Shown here: piece by piece, positions 18,932 through 28,394 of the stretch
Layout: each line of letters starts with the position of its first letter
How positions within the stretch are numbered: the stretch's first letter is position 1
IMG/VR virus record: IMGVR_UViG_3300031414_000008
Coordinates: 32,001 to 96,000 of that record
From: a virus
Length of the DNA: 64,000 bases
Reading direction: 5' to 3' (one strand)
The notes under the pieces: model-generated
Databases searched by the model: none
The model's input: the letters and a program-made list of their open reading frames with translations, nothing else
What the model was told of the DNA's origin: nothing
Made by a program: the position numbers and the translations under genes

Positions 18932-19247
18932 TGAACCACCCCGCTCCGTAAGAGGCAATCCACTTCACGCCATCGAGGGTGAAGAGAGTGATCTCATCGG
19001 CATATCCCACGTCGTAAGCAAGCTTCGGTGTACGGAAGAACGCGAACTGAATGTTCGTCGCCCATTGAACCTTACGACCTTGTGCAGTTTGCTTAAGGAT
19101 CAGGGAGATCTTCGTCCCCGGATCGGAGTTAGCGACAGCGATGGTGGTCAGTGGCTCTGAAAGGGGTAGCACGAAAACATCACCCTGCAGAGGATTCACA
19201 GTGTAGTTGTTTCCGACGCTTGCTTCAGTCTTAATCGTTAATTTCAT
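18924..19247 (-). CDS. Tail-associated beta-sandwich protein
   Basis: GGAG SD; ILKQTAQGRKVQWATNIQF..PKL..DEITLFTLDGVKW. Confidence 0.65.
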   Translation of the reverse strand: MKLTIKTEASVGNNYTVNPLQGDVFVLPLSEPLTTIAVANSDPGTKISLILKQTAQGRKVQWATNIQFAFFRTPKLAYDVGYADEITLFTLDGVKWIASYGAGWFNA

Positions 19248-19288
19248 AGAGCTCCACCGATAGTTGAAGCCCGCCGAAGCGGGCAGTA

Positions 19289-20671
19289 TTACGCGATCCC
19301 GATATCTCTCCAGGCTCCGTTCTGGAAGACCTGGATCGGTCGAGAGTACATCCAACGGAATTCGTCGTTGTTACCTGACTTAGACCAGATGTAGAAGCCG
19401 GTCACCACGTTCACGCCCGGGGCACGGTACACGAAGGTTTCGTGGCCGAGAGCTGAACGCTCGATTGACACTTCTGGGCCGAGACGTAACGAGATCGTCT
19501 GGGCTTGAATTTTAGCATCAATTTCAGCTGCCGTATAGGTCCCGACGGAGTGAGCATCGATGTTGATGTCACCGGTCAAGGTCATCCCGTTCACGCGACG
19601 AGAGGTCGGTACACGGGTGTTGATCAGTGAGTCCACCTGGGCCGTCGTATAGGCACCAACCAGGGCTGCCGTGATGCTGATGTTCGAAGACAGGGCCAGG
19701 CCGTTAACCGTACGGGTTGAAGGCACACGGGTGTTGGCGTTGTCGTTCGCAGACTTCACGGAGTTCGGCGTCGCCGCCGTCGTGGTTGACGTAGAGGACA
19801 CGCTGTCCGTTAACTGCACGATACCCTGCTGAGACGTTGACGCAATCGGCAGGTCGCCCAGTTCGATCTTCTTACGCCATCCCGTGAAGGAACCTGCAGA
19901 AATTGCTGCAGTGTACATACGCCCTTCAGCGGTCACCATGGTCAGCCCACGGTAGTTCGTCGCTTCGTGAGAGGTACAGATGATCTCTGCCCAGGAGAAC
20001 GGTACGTCAGTCGGGATGCCGGTATAGCCGTAACCCGTTGACCCGTCCAGGTGGTAGAAGCCGCACGACTTGTTGTTGAAGTACGACGCCAGGTTCGAGT
20101 TGTTCGGAATACGAATAGAGATCGAGCCGATACCGTACGTATCCAGAAGGTTCTGAGTACGCAGTGAGGTCATCGCTCGGGTGTTCTCCGTCTTCGTGAT
20201 CGCTTCGGCTGCCGTTGCAATTTCAATGAAACCCTTCTGGATCTCTGTCGCGTACGGGTGGTTAATGCTGGCCTCGTGAGCTTCGATCGCCGTATCAATC
20301 CAGTTGTGAACGTCGTCCGGACGGGCAAAGGTGATCCAACCACGGAACACGTCACCGTACACTTCAGCGATCCACAGGTTGTTACCGTGAGAAGATGCAA
20401 CGATCGCACGGTTGCCCGGGATGCCGCCGTTGATCACGGTGTAGTAAACCATGTCCTTGATCGGACCACCGGTTGTGCCGGACAGGGCGGCGTTATCGTA
20501 ATACCACCCACCGGTGCAACGACCGAGGAATTTCTGCAGGTTGACCCCGTTAGGGACCTTTACGGCCTGACCGCCGACACCGTACTGATCGAGAAGGTTC
20601 TGAGCTTCATCGATCGTCAGGATCTCGGGATGTTTCACCCCGCCGCGGTCGACCACTGTTAATTGGTTCAT
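19289..20671 (-). CDS. Tail fibre protein
   Basis: QQGIVQL..TTAATP.SVK, two RTVNG repeats, internal duplicate (QNLLD.YG.G), YSRPIQVFQNGAWRDI tip. Confidence 0.85.
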   Translation of the reverse strand: MNQLTVVDRGGVKHPEILTIDEAQNLLDQYGVGGQAVKVPNGVNLQKFLGRCTGGWYYDNAALSGTTGGPIKDMVYYTVINGGIPGNRAIVASSHGNNLWIAEVYGDVFRGWITFARPDDVHNWIDTAIEAHEASINHPYATEIQKGFIEIATAAEAITKTENTRAMTSLRTQNLLDTYGIGSISIRIPNNSNLASYFNNKSCGFYHLDGSTGYGYTGIPTDVPFSWAEIICTSHEATNYRGLTMVTAEGRMYTAAISAGSFTGWRKKIELGDLPIASTSQQGIVQLTDSVSSTSTTTAATPNSVKSANDNANTRVPSTRTVNGLALSSNISITAALVGAYTTAQVDSLINTRVPTSRRVNGMTLTGDINIDAHSVGTYTAAEIDAKIQAQTISLRLGPEVSIERSALGHETFVYRAPGVNVVTGFYIWSKSGNNDEFRWMYSRPIQVFQNGAWRDIGIA

Positions 20672-20697
20672 GAGTTTCTCCTGTAATAGCCGTTATT

Positions 20698-21297
20698 TTA
20701 CGAGAACGCGACGGTTTGTGCGGTGCCATCTTGAAGGATAGCTTGCAGCGGGGCGAACACACCGAGCCAACCGAGAGTGGCATCGTAGCGGACGTCAACG
20801 AGGACGTTCCCCGAGCCGATTTCTGTGGTACCCATCGGTTTCTCGACAGCCGTGCCTAGCCGCATTGCCACAGTCGGCGTGGCCGGTGTGGAGAACTTAG
20901 CACGGATGGTCGCTGCATCGTAAATGTTAAAGTCCGCCGGGGTGAACGTGATGTTCGCCGTCAGCGGTTTGTTGTTGATCTTCCAGGAAGGGTTCGCTTT
21001 CGTCTGGGCCAAGAGTTTCTTGATGATCCAGATCGACGGTGCACCTTGCTGGGAGCGGGAGTCGGCAAAGGACTCGACGTTAGAGATGCCTGAGATGCCG
21101 GCTGCGGCGTCTACTTGCACGACGTCATCGACGTTCTCCCAGGGCACCTTCTCATCGATACCCATTTTGTTGGCCAGCTGGGCCATGAGCTCGTCCACCT
21201 TCGCGTCCTTAACCGGAATGTCGTAACGCATTTGCTGTACGTCATCAGCGGTCAGGAACTTCGGATCGACGGCACCTTCAGTAACGATAGTAATCAT
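20698..21297 (-). CDS. Short fibre-like paralog
   Basis: KINNKPLTANITFTPADF; APLQAIL..G tip. Confidence 0.7.
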   Translation of the reverse strand: MITIVTEGAVDPKFLTADDVQQMRYDIPVKDAKVDELMAQLANKMGIDEKVPWENVDDVVQVDAAAGISGISNVESFADSRSQQGAPSIWIIKKLLAQTKANPSWKINNKPLTANITFTPADFNIYDAATIRAKFSTPATPTVAMRLGTAVEKPMGTTEIGSGNVLVDVRYDATLGWLGVFAPLQAILQDGTAQTVAFS

Positions 21298-21893
21298 GCT
21301 GTTCTCCGGATGTCAGTCCACACCAGTGTACCATCCTCTTGGCGAATCTGGAACTGCAGCGGACGAGACCAGACTGGCTGGCCTGGGCCACCGAAGGACG
21401 TGATGTAGTTTGAGGACGGTACGGCGTTCAGAGCGGACTGGACCGGCGGGCCGAAACGTACCGCTTTCACCTTCGCACCCTTTGCCGCCATGGCATCCAC
21501 TTCAGCCTTCGTGAAGGTCCACAGATCGTCAGCGACCATCGTGATATCACCCTTCAGGGCAATCCCGTTGATGCAACGTTCCTGCGGCACAAAGCCCCAG
21601 CCATCAGAGTTCGCCGTACGCAGGGACGCGAGCGTCGCACCGCGGGTCTTGTCCGTTGACGGCGTGTTCGAAAGGGTCACGACCCCGGCCTGGGTCAAGG
21701 AGGCAGCGGGTTTACCGATGATGTTACCCCACTTGATGTGACCGCCTTTATCCGAGAGCAGTGGGACGCCAAGCTCCACACCGTTGATCGCCACCTGAAC
21801 GGCATCCAGTCGGGTGTAATACCCACCGATGTCCGCCTTCAGGGCTAGCGGACGTGGGTTCTTCATCCCACCTAAGTCTACGAGAGTTTTCAT
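21294..21893 (-). CDS. Short fibre-like paralog
   Basis: QAGVVTLS..GAT, RCINGIALKGDIT, SRPLQFQI..W tip. Confidence 0.72.
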   Translation of the reverse strand: MKTLVDLGGMKNPRPLALKADIGGYYTRLDAVQVAINGVELGVPLLSDKGGHIKWGNIIGKPAASLTQAGVVTLSNTPSTDKTRGATLASLRTANSDGWGFVPQERCINGIALKGDITMVADDLWTFTKAEVDAMAAKGAKVKAVRFGPPVQSALNAVPSSNYITSFGGPGQPVWSRPLQFQIRQEDGTLVWTDIRRTA

Positions 21894-22531
21894 TGTAATT
21901 TCCACACTCCATCCACGAGGACCTTGAACTGTTTGTACTCAGCCGTGATCGAGGTCTGAGTCAGAGCAGTAATGCGTCCGATTGGTTTAGTCCGCCCGCC
22001 GGCACCGTTAGCGGAGGTCTTGGTCGTCTGAACGTAGGCGTAGTCCGTTCCGGGGAGCTCCTTAGGCAGGCGATGGGCTTCCATCAGAGCGAGAATCTGT
22101 TCGCCGGTCAGCGAGCCTACTTCTTCACCATTGATCCAGATGTCCTTACGGAGATCTTTCCCCTGAATCGTACGCTGGGCCGGGAGCGCTCCGGTGAAAT
22201 ACGCTGCAACCTGACGGACCGCATCCGGCGTCGCCGCAAGAAGGTGATCTGCATCGGTCGCCGCACCGGTCGGCTCTCCGTACTTCAACAGGCCAGGGAT
22301 CGGTTTGGCGCCCCAAGGTTGACCCTTAGCGGGGTTTTGAGCGTAGGGAACGGTCACACCGGCCCACGGCCAAGACGTTTGTTCGTACAGTTTGTTGTTG
22401 TAAGTTTGAAGTAAAAGGCTTACCTTATGCTCCAGATCGGAAATATCAGCATCCATCACCGGAAGTTCGCCCGTCTTGACGAGGCCAGGTGAGATGAACA
22501 TATTCCCGGAGATAACAGTCAAATCACTCAT
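21890..22531 (-). CDS. Short fibre-like paralog
   Basis: GLLK..AATPDAVR, RTIQGKDLRKDI, YKQFKVLVDGVWKLQ tip. Confidence 0.72.
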   Translation of the reverse strand: MSDLTVISGNMFISPGLVKTGELPVMDADISDLEHKVSLLLQTYNNKLYEQTSWPWAGVTVPYAQNPAKGQPWGAKPIPGLLKYGEPTGAATDADHLLAATPDAVRQVAAYFTGALPAQRTIQGKDLRKDIWINGEEVGSLTGEQILALMEAHRLPKELPGTDYAYVQTTKTSANGAGGRTKPIGRITALTQTSITAEYKQFKVLVDGVWKLQ

Positions 22532-22565
22532 TTTGATCTCCTAAATCCACATATCGGTATTTTAA

Positions 22566-22573
22566 GGTATAAG
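22566..22573 (+). promoter_or_regulatory. Phage promoter motif core
   Basis: ggtataag in divergent intergenic region before RNase H. Confidence 0.6.
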
Positions 22574-22606
22574 ATTTTTGAGAACCCGACAACATTTCGA
22601 GGTTAT

Positions 22607-23098
22607 ATGATTAACATTACCGAGCAGCTTAAGTATTTGTCCACCCTCGCTCCGAAGCACTTGGAGCTCTACGCAGACGGCGCCTGTAAGGGCAATCCCG
22701 GCCCCGGTGGCTGGGGCGTTCACTTCCACGAATTTGACTACCCCGGGCTGTGTGCCGGTGAGTTAATGACGACCAACAACATCCAGGAGATGCTGGCCAT
22801 GCTGGCGGCCCTGAAAGTCGTTGAGCACTTGGGGTGTACCGCGAACATCTACACTGACTCCAACCTCGTGTACAAAGGCTTAGGCGAATGGCTGCCCGGC
22901 TGGAAGGCTACGAATTTCAAGACTGTAAAGAAAAACCGCGAACTGTGGCAGCAATTGATCCCGCTTTATGATAAACTGGCTTCTCGAATCAGTATCCATA
23001 AAGTCAAGGGCCACTCGGGCAATCCGGGTAATGAAGCTGCAGACGCATTAGCAAACAAGGGCGTAAAAGAATGTTTAATGAAATCAAAGAACGCGTAA
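22607..23098 (+). CDS. rnhA: Ribonuclease HI
   Basis: YADGACKGNPGPGGWG, TNNIQEM, TDS, KVKGHSGNPGNEAADALA. Confidence 0.95.
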   Translation: MINITEQLKYLSTLAPKHLELYADGACKGNPGPGGWGVHFHEFDYPGLCAGELMTTNNIQEMLAMLAALKVVEHLGCTANIYTDSNLVYKGLGEWLPGWKATNFKTVKKNRELWQQLIPLYDKLASRISIHKVKGHSGNPGNEAADALANKGVKECLMKSKNA

Positions 23099-25974
23099 GC
23101 ATTACCGACGCGTACGAAAAGTATTGCCCGGAGGTACCTCTCCGGGAACGCAGTGCCACCGATTTCGTCCCGGACGATGACCAGTGCCCCTGGCACGGTG
23201 GCAGCGGTTCCTTCCACATTGTTTTTGATGAGAAAAACCCCGCGGCCGGTTTCGCTAAGTGTTTCTCTTCTGCGTGTATCCACGAAGAGAGCCCTGCGGA
23301 CGTCATTGAGTTCGTACGCCGTACGCTGAACTTAGAGTCTGCCAAAGAGGCGGCCCTGCGGATTAACGCAGACTTCAAACTCGGTCTGGCCTTCGAGGTG
23401 AGCGTTCTCCAGAAGATTTACTGGGAAGCCCTTGAGTATTACGTCAACGGGATGCTGACGACCAAGCTCTATGAGATTCTCGGGCGTAAGACACCGCTCG
23501 ATTACCAGAAGCAAGACCGCGGTCACCGTGAAGATGCTCTGATGCACTTCCGCGTGGGTTGGTCTGACGGTAAGCTCCACGAGCACCTGAAGATGAAGGA
23601 CTTCGAGTACGATGACATGATCGCCTCCGGGTTGGTCGTTCAGCGTAACGGGAAGTACTACGATAAACTGCCGGGCGAATCCTTCATTTACCCTGCGTTC
23701 GTCAATGGACGACCTTCTCGTTTTACCTTCAAGACGCTGCATACCGGTAAACCGAAGCCGGGCAAAGAGCCTGAGAAGCTGACGTGGCAGATTAAGAAAG
23801 AGTACTGGCTCAATGACGTCGTCATGATGGGTCAGGATTCCCTTAAGGACGCCGAGGATGTTGCGATCGTCGAGGGCGAGAACGACATGATCTCTCTGTA
23901 CGAGATGGGCTGGGAAGGCGCTATCCTGTGCCTGAACGGACAACCGTCGAAGCTGCAGTACGAGTTCATTGCAGAAGCACTCAAGCATAAACGTGTCCAC
24001 ACGTTCTATGACGCGGATGAAGCCGGGGATAAATACCGTCGGAACACGTGGACATGGGCCAAGGGCGAAATCCACCAGTACAAAGTTCCCGAGCAAGACA
24101 ATGACATTGATCTCTACATTCAGCGACGCCGTAACGATGAGCTTAATCCTATTGAGCGTCTGCTTGATGTCGGTGAGGTTCCTCGTCCTGCACGCGATGA
24201 AGCTACTAATGCGGAGCTTAAAGTTACTGGTTCTGGCGAGGTTATCGAAAAAGACGGATGCTACTTTGGCTTCAAGTCTTTCACGTCTGCTACCGGTGAT
24301 ACGAAAGAGACACTGACCCAGCTGACGAACTTCACGTTGAAGATGCGAATCATCTATCTGCACCGTGGAGAGCGTATCCGTGAGATCGAATTCATCCGTA
24401 ACGACGGGTATCGCTCTGGTCCGGTCTTCCTGAACTCGGCTGCCCGCTCCTCCCTGCGTCAGTTCCGTGAGTTCTGCTCGCGTTCCTGTGACGGTATCTT
24501 CCAAGGTTCCGACACTGACCTGAACAACCTGTGGCTGCACATCGCGGCAACTCAGCGTGAGCGTACGGTGATCATCCCTGAATACTGCGGCTACGTCAGC
24601 GAAGTGAACATGTGGATCTTCCGTAACATCATGATTAACAACGCGACCGGTGCAATCTACGAGCCGGACTCCCGGGGTATCTTCTGGATTCAGCCGAACC
24701 AGGGGATTATGCCGCAGTCCATCTCCTCCGATATCTTGAACGATGGGATCAATCAGGACGACGCTATCAACATCCCGATGCTGCTCGATGACATGAAGTC
24801 TCACGACGAATTCATGGAGTATCAAGGCGATGTGTTGCACCGTCTGGCTCAGATTGTCGGGATTCAGGAAGCGTGCACCCTGTTTGCGTGGGCTCAGGCG
24901 AACGCGTTCTCGAACGTCATCTTCCAGTCCCAGAACTTCTTCCCGATGCTCCAGCTCTGGGGCCGTCACGGGAAAGGCAAGACGACGATCCTCCAGTGGC
25001 TCTTGGCGACGTTCGATATGTACGAACACAACAAGGGTTACATGACCGTCTCTGCTCTGGAGAAGTCCACCGTCGGTTTCCAGCGTAAGGTCGAGTACTA
25101 CTCGTCCCTGCCGGTCATCGTCGATGAGCTTCGTGCTGACTTCAAGACCCGTGAGCATTACCCGATGTGGCGTGGCATGTTCAACCGTGCACCGCGTACG
25201 CTCGGGACACCGCGTCAAGGCGTGGTCAAGGTGCAGAAGGTGCGTGGCAACATCGGCTTCGGCGGCCAGGACTCCTTTGCGGATGCGGCAATGCAATCCC
25301 GCTGTGCGTCCCTGAAGACCTCTTCAATGAAGTCTACCGATGCGTCTCAGCGTGCCTACAACTGGTTGTCCGAAGAAGTGGAATATTTCCCACGCTTTGG
25401 CTATCATTGGGTACTGGAGTCCACCCGGACTAACCGTGCTGAGCTCGAGGCAAACTGGGAAGAAATGAAGGCGGTCATCAACGCCAACCTGCCTAAGGGT
25501 TCCGACGTCGGCTCTCGTACGAAAGAAATCTGGAAGGTGCTGGGGTGGTTCGCGATGCGCTTCATGGAGACGTACTTCCCGGGCGAAGAGTACCTGCCGT
25601 GGATGATGAACCAGATCTCCCAGGACGTGGCGATGCAGGAAGAAGTCGATATCGTTAACGAACTGTGGAACAAGATTGCGACCTGTCAGGTTGACCGTCG
25701 TGAGACGATTACGACCGAGCACGTTTGCACTGACGGCACTCACCTCTTCCTGTGGTGGCCTGGCGTGATGGAATCGATCTTCCGCGATATGACCCACTTG
25801 GGCCACGCGAAGTCAACTATCCGTACCGCCGTCACGGACGAAAAGTATTACGTCAAAGAGACGACACACCGTATGGGGCCGGCGAACCACGTCCGTAAGG
25901 TCTTGGCCTTCGACCTCGCTACCGCACCGGAGATCGTTAAGCAGATCGCTCAGGTAGCCAACGAAAACCTTTAA
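23071..25974 (+). CDS. DNA primase fused to P-loop helicase-like domain
   Basis: CPWH..C..C zinc site, VEGEND and YDADEAG (TOPRIM), GRHGKGKTT and IVDE (Walker A/B). Confidence 0.85.
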   Translation: MFNEIKERVSITDAYEKYCPEVPLRERSATDFVPDDDQCPWHGGSGSFHIVFDEKNPAAGFAKCFSSACIHEESPADVIEFVRRTLNLESAKEAALRINADFKLGLAFEVSVLQKIYWEALEYYVNGMLTTKLYEILGRKTPLDYQKQDRGHREDALMHFRVGWSDGKLHEHLKMKDFEYDDMIASGLVVQRNGKYYDKLPGESFIYPAFVNGRPSRFTFKTLHTGKPKPGKEPEKLTWQIKKEYWLNDVVMMGQDSLKDAEDVAIVEGENDMISLYEMGWEGAILCLNGQPSKLQYEFIAEALKHKRVHTFYDADEAGDKYRRNTWTWAKGEIHQYKVPEQDNDIDLYIQRRRNDELNPIERLLDVGEVPRPARDEATNAELKVTGSGEVIEKDGCYFGFKSFTSATGDTKETLTQLTNFTLKMRIIYLHRGERIREIEFIRNDGYRSGPVFLNSAARSSLRQFREFCSRSCDGIFQGSDTDLNNLWLHIAATQRERTVIIPEYCGYVSEVNMWIFRNIMINNATGAIYEPDSRGIFWIQPNQGIMPQSISSDILNDGINQDDAINIPMLLDDMKSHDEFMEYQGDVLHRLAQIVGIQEACTLFAWAQANAFSNVIFQSQNFFPMLQLWGRHGKGKTTILQWLLATFDMYEHNKGYMTVSALEKSTVGFQRKVEYYSSLPVIVDELRADFKTREHYPMWRGMFNRAPRTLGTPRQGVVKVQKVRGNIGFGGQDSFADAAMQSRCASLKTSSMKSTDASQRAYNWLSEEVEYFPRFGYHWVLESTRTNRAELEANWEEMKAVINANLPKGSDVGSRTKEIWKVLGWFAMRFMETYFPGEEYLPWMMNQISQDVAMQEEVDIVNELWNKIATCQVDRRETITTEHVCTDGTHLFLWWPGVMESIFRDMTHLGHAKSTIRTAVTDEKYYVKETTHRMGPANHVRKVLAFDLATAPEIVKQIAQVANENL

Positions 25975-26008
25975 CTAACCGGGCCCTTCGGGGCCCTACG
26001 AGGACTTG

Positions 26009-26626
26009 ATGAAATACACACCGTACATCCCGAAGAAAGCTGTAATGATCGACGCTGAAACGCTCGACAAAATCCCCTCCTCTGTAGTGCTGTCCTTTGC
26101 GGGACTTATTTTTGAGCCGCTAGGATGTAAGCAGCAGCTGGTCGATGCGAACGACCGCGTGATTGCCCCGAACATCAACATCGTGTTCGAATACAGTCAG
26201 GGCCAGGCTCACCGCTCTAAGTCGCCAAGCACGATCAAGTGGTGGTCTGAACAGTCGGCAGAAGCGAAGGCGGGCGTCTTCAGTGATAAGCTGTTGCGTG
26301 TTGACTACGAGACCGCCGTACGTCGTTTCTACGACTGGCTGGCGTGGGCGAAGTCTGAAGGTGCCGAGGCGATTTACGCGTGCTCCCCTCGCTTTGACGT
26401 CGGTATCCTCGAAGATATGGTCCAGGACGTGTACGGTAAGGACGAGAAAGGTGAGTACTACACGCTGCCGATCCCGTTCTACACCGAGCACGACGTGCGG
26501 TCGATCCGCAACTTCGTTTTCGGTAAGAAAAAGATCGACTGGGGCGTGAAGCACGAAGCGCTGGGTGACTGTGTCCGTCAGTCCCTGGAAATGCAGGAGG
26601 CCTATGCATGGCGGAACTCACTGTAA
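26009..26626 (+). CDS. DEDDh 3'-5' exonuclease (DexA-like)
   Basis: IDAETL, RFDVGIL, HEALGDCVRQ. Confidence 0.85.
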   Translation: MKYTPYIPKKAVMIDAETLDKIPSSVVLSFAGLIFEPLGCKQQLVDANDRVIAPNINIVFEYSQGQAHRSKSPSTIKWWSEQSAEAKAGVFSDKLLRVDYETAVRRFYDWLAWAKSEGAEAIYACSPRFDVGILEDMVQDVYGKDEKGEYYTLPIPFYTEHDVRSIRNFVFGKKKIDWGVKHEALGDCVRQSLEMQEAYAWRNSL

Positions 26627-27030
26627 TTCCTGAGAGAATGCCGGTGCGTTTCGACGATGTCGATACCGACAACTGGGCCGCTGAGGCCCTTTGCATGTTG
26701 CAGAACGCGGATTGGGCAGTCCGTCCGCATTTCTTAGTGGGCCTCGATGAGCACGACATGTGGCGAAGCGTTCTTGCGTTCAACCACGTGATGAAGGTTC
26801 AGGGTGTCCCGATGTTCCTGCCTGCACGGAACACGATCCGCCAGCGTATGTCCCGCTCCGGATTGCTCGCGGAAGGCCTGTCCATCATGGGCGGCAACCA
26901 TCCGGAATCCTTCTTCGATCTCATGGAAGGTTCCTTCGCCATCCCGATGGGTGCAACCATCGATGCAGTGTCCGATGCGTATGATGAAGGTCATGCCATC
27001 TACGTGGTCCAACTGAAATTCAAGGGTTAA
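26608..27030 (+). CDS. Hypothetical protein
   Basis: GGAGG SD; coupled ORF. Confidence 0.7.
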   Translation: MAELTVIPERMPVRFDDVDTDNWAAEALCMLQNADWAVRPHFLVGLDEHDMWRSVLAFNHVMKVQGVPMFLPARNTIRQRMSRSGLLAEGLSIMGGNHPESFFDLMEGSFAIPMGATIDAVSDAYDEGHAIYVVQLKFKG

Positions 27031-27031
27031 T

Positions 27032-27937
27032 ATGTATCAGTATCAAAGCCTTATCCAAGACATCCTCTGTGACGGTATCCGTAAGGAAGATCGTACCGGC
27101 ACAGGGACTGTCAGCATCATCGGCGAGTTGCGTCGCTACCCGTTGCGTCAGAACGAAGCTCCGGTGATGCCGATCGTCACCGTCAAGAAGACGAACATCC
27201 GTTCGATCATCCACGAACTCCTCTGGTTCATCCGCGGGGAGACGAATATCAACACACTCGGTTGCGGAATCTGGAACGAGTGGGCGGACGCTAACGGCGA
27301 GCTGGGCCCGATCTACGGTAAACAGTGGCGCCGTTGGACTGACACCAAGATTTGTGACGCTGAAGGTGAACGTCGTCTCGAACTGGAAGACCGTGGCTAC
27401 GAAGTTGAAGGCATGCTGGATGGCGGACCGGTCCCTCGCGTCGTGATGACCCGAGACATCGACCAGCTGACTCAGGCGATCGAGATGCTTCGTACTAACC
27501 CTGACTCCCGTCGCATCATCGTGTCGGCATGGAACCCTGGTGACATCGACGACATGGCTTTACCGCCGTGCCACTCCTTCTTCCAGTTCTTCTCGGAAGA
27601 GGTCGATGGTCAGCGCTTCCTGACGTGCCTGCTGTACCAGCGTTCAGCTGACGTCTTCCTGGGCGTACCGTTCAACATTGCGTCCTACGCTCTGCTGACA
27701 CACATGGTAGCCTCTGTAACGAACCACACGGCCCTGGAGCTCGTCCACGTCACAGGTGACACTCACCTATACTCGAACCATTTGGACCTCGCAGAGCCGC
27801 TCGTAGAGGCCTCTACGTACCCTCTGGCAGGCATCCGTCTGGCAGACCGGATGGACATCGATGAGTTCACCTTCGATGACATTCAGATCCTGAACTACCA
27901 ATCAGGCCCATTCATTAAAGCACCGGTGGCGATATGA
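27032..27937 (+). CDS. thyA: Thymidylate synthase
   Basis: DRTGTGT, ELLWFIRG, SRRIIVSAWNP, MALPPCH, YQRSADVFLGVPFNIASY. Confidence 0.97.
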   Translation: MYQYQSLIQDILCDGIRKEDRTGTGTVSIIGELRRYPLRQNEAPVMPIVTVKKTNIRSIIHELLWFIRGETNINTLGCGIWNEWADANGELGPIYGKQWRRWTDTKICDAEGERRLELEDRGYEVEGMLDGGPVPRVVMTRDIDQLTQAIEMLRTNPDSRRIIVSAWNPGDIDDMALPPCHSFFQFFSEEVDGQRFLTCLLYQRSADVFLGVPFNIASYALLTHMVASVTNHTALELVHVTGDTHLYSNHLDLAEPLVEASTYPLAGIRLADRMDIDEFTFDDIQILNYQSGPFIKAPVAI

Positions 27938-28116
27938 AATCAGTAATCTCAGCATGTTTATGGTTCTGGGGCGTCCTGTTCGCTTTTGGCAGTGACCTGG
28001 CACGTTATGTACACTGGGAGAAAACCGGTATCGGCCTGGGTGCCGCCTCGGTGGTTATCTTCGGGATCCTGGTTTGGTTCCACTTCTGGGGATGCAAGCG
28101 TGTCAAAGGCGCGTAA
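27934..28116 (+). CDS. Small membrane protein
   Basis: Two hydrophobic segments; ATGA overlap. Confidence 0.6.
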   Translation: MKSVISACLWFWGVLFAFGSDLARYVHWEKTGIGLGAASVVIFGILVWFHFWGCKRVKGA

Positions 28117-28276
28117 TGTCCTCTGGAACGTCGTAAAGTGGGGCGTCATGATCGGAAGCTACGTGGCGATCATCTCGTCCTACTGGATGGTTGACAGCTG
28201 GGGTAAGGAAATCCTGGCGTCGCTGGCGGCGATCGGCTTTGCGGCTACTATCGCGTTTTGGTGGAAAGACAGATAA
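28100..28276 (+). CDS. Small membrane protein
   Basis: GTG start with GGGGA SD; two hydrophobic segments. Confidence 0.5.
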   Translation: MSKARNVLWNVVKWGVMIGSYVAIISSYWMVDSWGKEILASLAAIGFAATIAFWWKDR

Positions 28277-28366
28277 AAAGGACCCCGGTGGCAAGGAGGT
28301 AATCCATCCGGGGTCAAGAGGGGTGTCTGAACACAACAGAGATGGGATGATAGTAGCTCAGTTTCT

Positions 28367-28374
28367 GGTATAAG
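28367..28374 (+). promoter_or_regulatory. Phage promoter motif core
   Basis: tggtataag before ligase SD. Confidence 0.6.
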
Positions 28375-28394
28375 TAAAGCATGGAGGAGAATTT

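Noticed and set aside
15380-22531. DGR or shufflon acting on the fibre repeats
   Set aside because: No reverse transcriptase or invertase; mismatches are not adenine-specific; all repeats lie in one orientation inside coding frames.
23332-25296. 654-aa antisense ORF (likewise 41032-42519, 48943-50100, 50263-51519, 33470-34438, 7560-8297, 1398-2111)
   Set aside because: They mirror real genes codon for codon. Rare TTA/CTA/TCA codons on the coding strand remove antisense stops; no SD or protein motifs.
28280-28320. GACCCCGG...CCGGGGTC hairpin as tRNA or riboswitch
   Set aside because: No cloverleaf, T-loop or CCA; best read as a terminator or processing stem.
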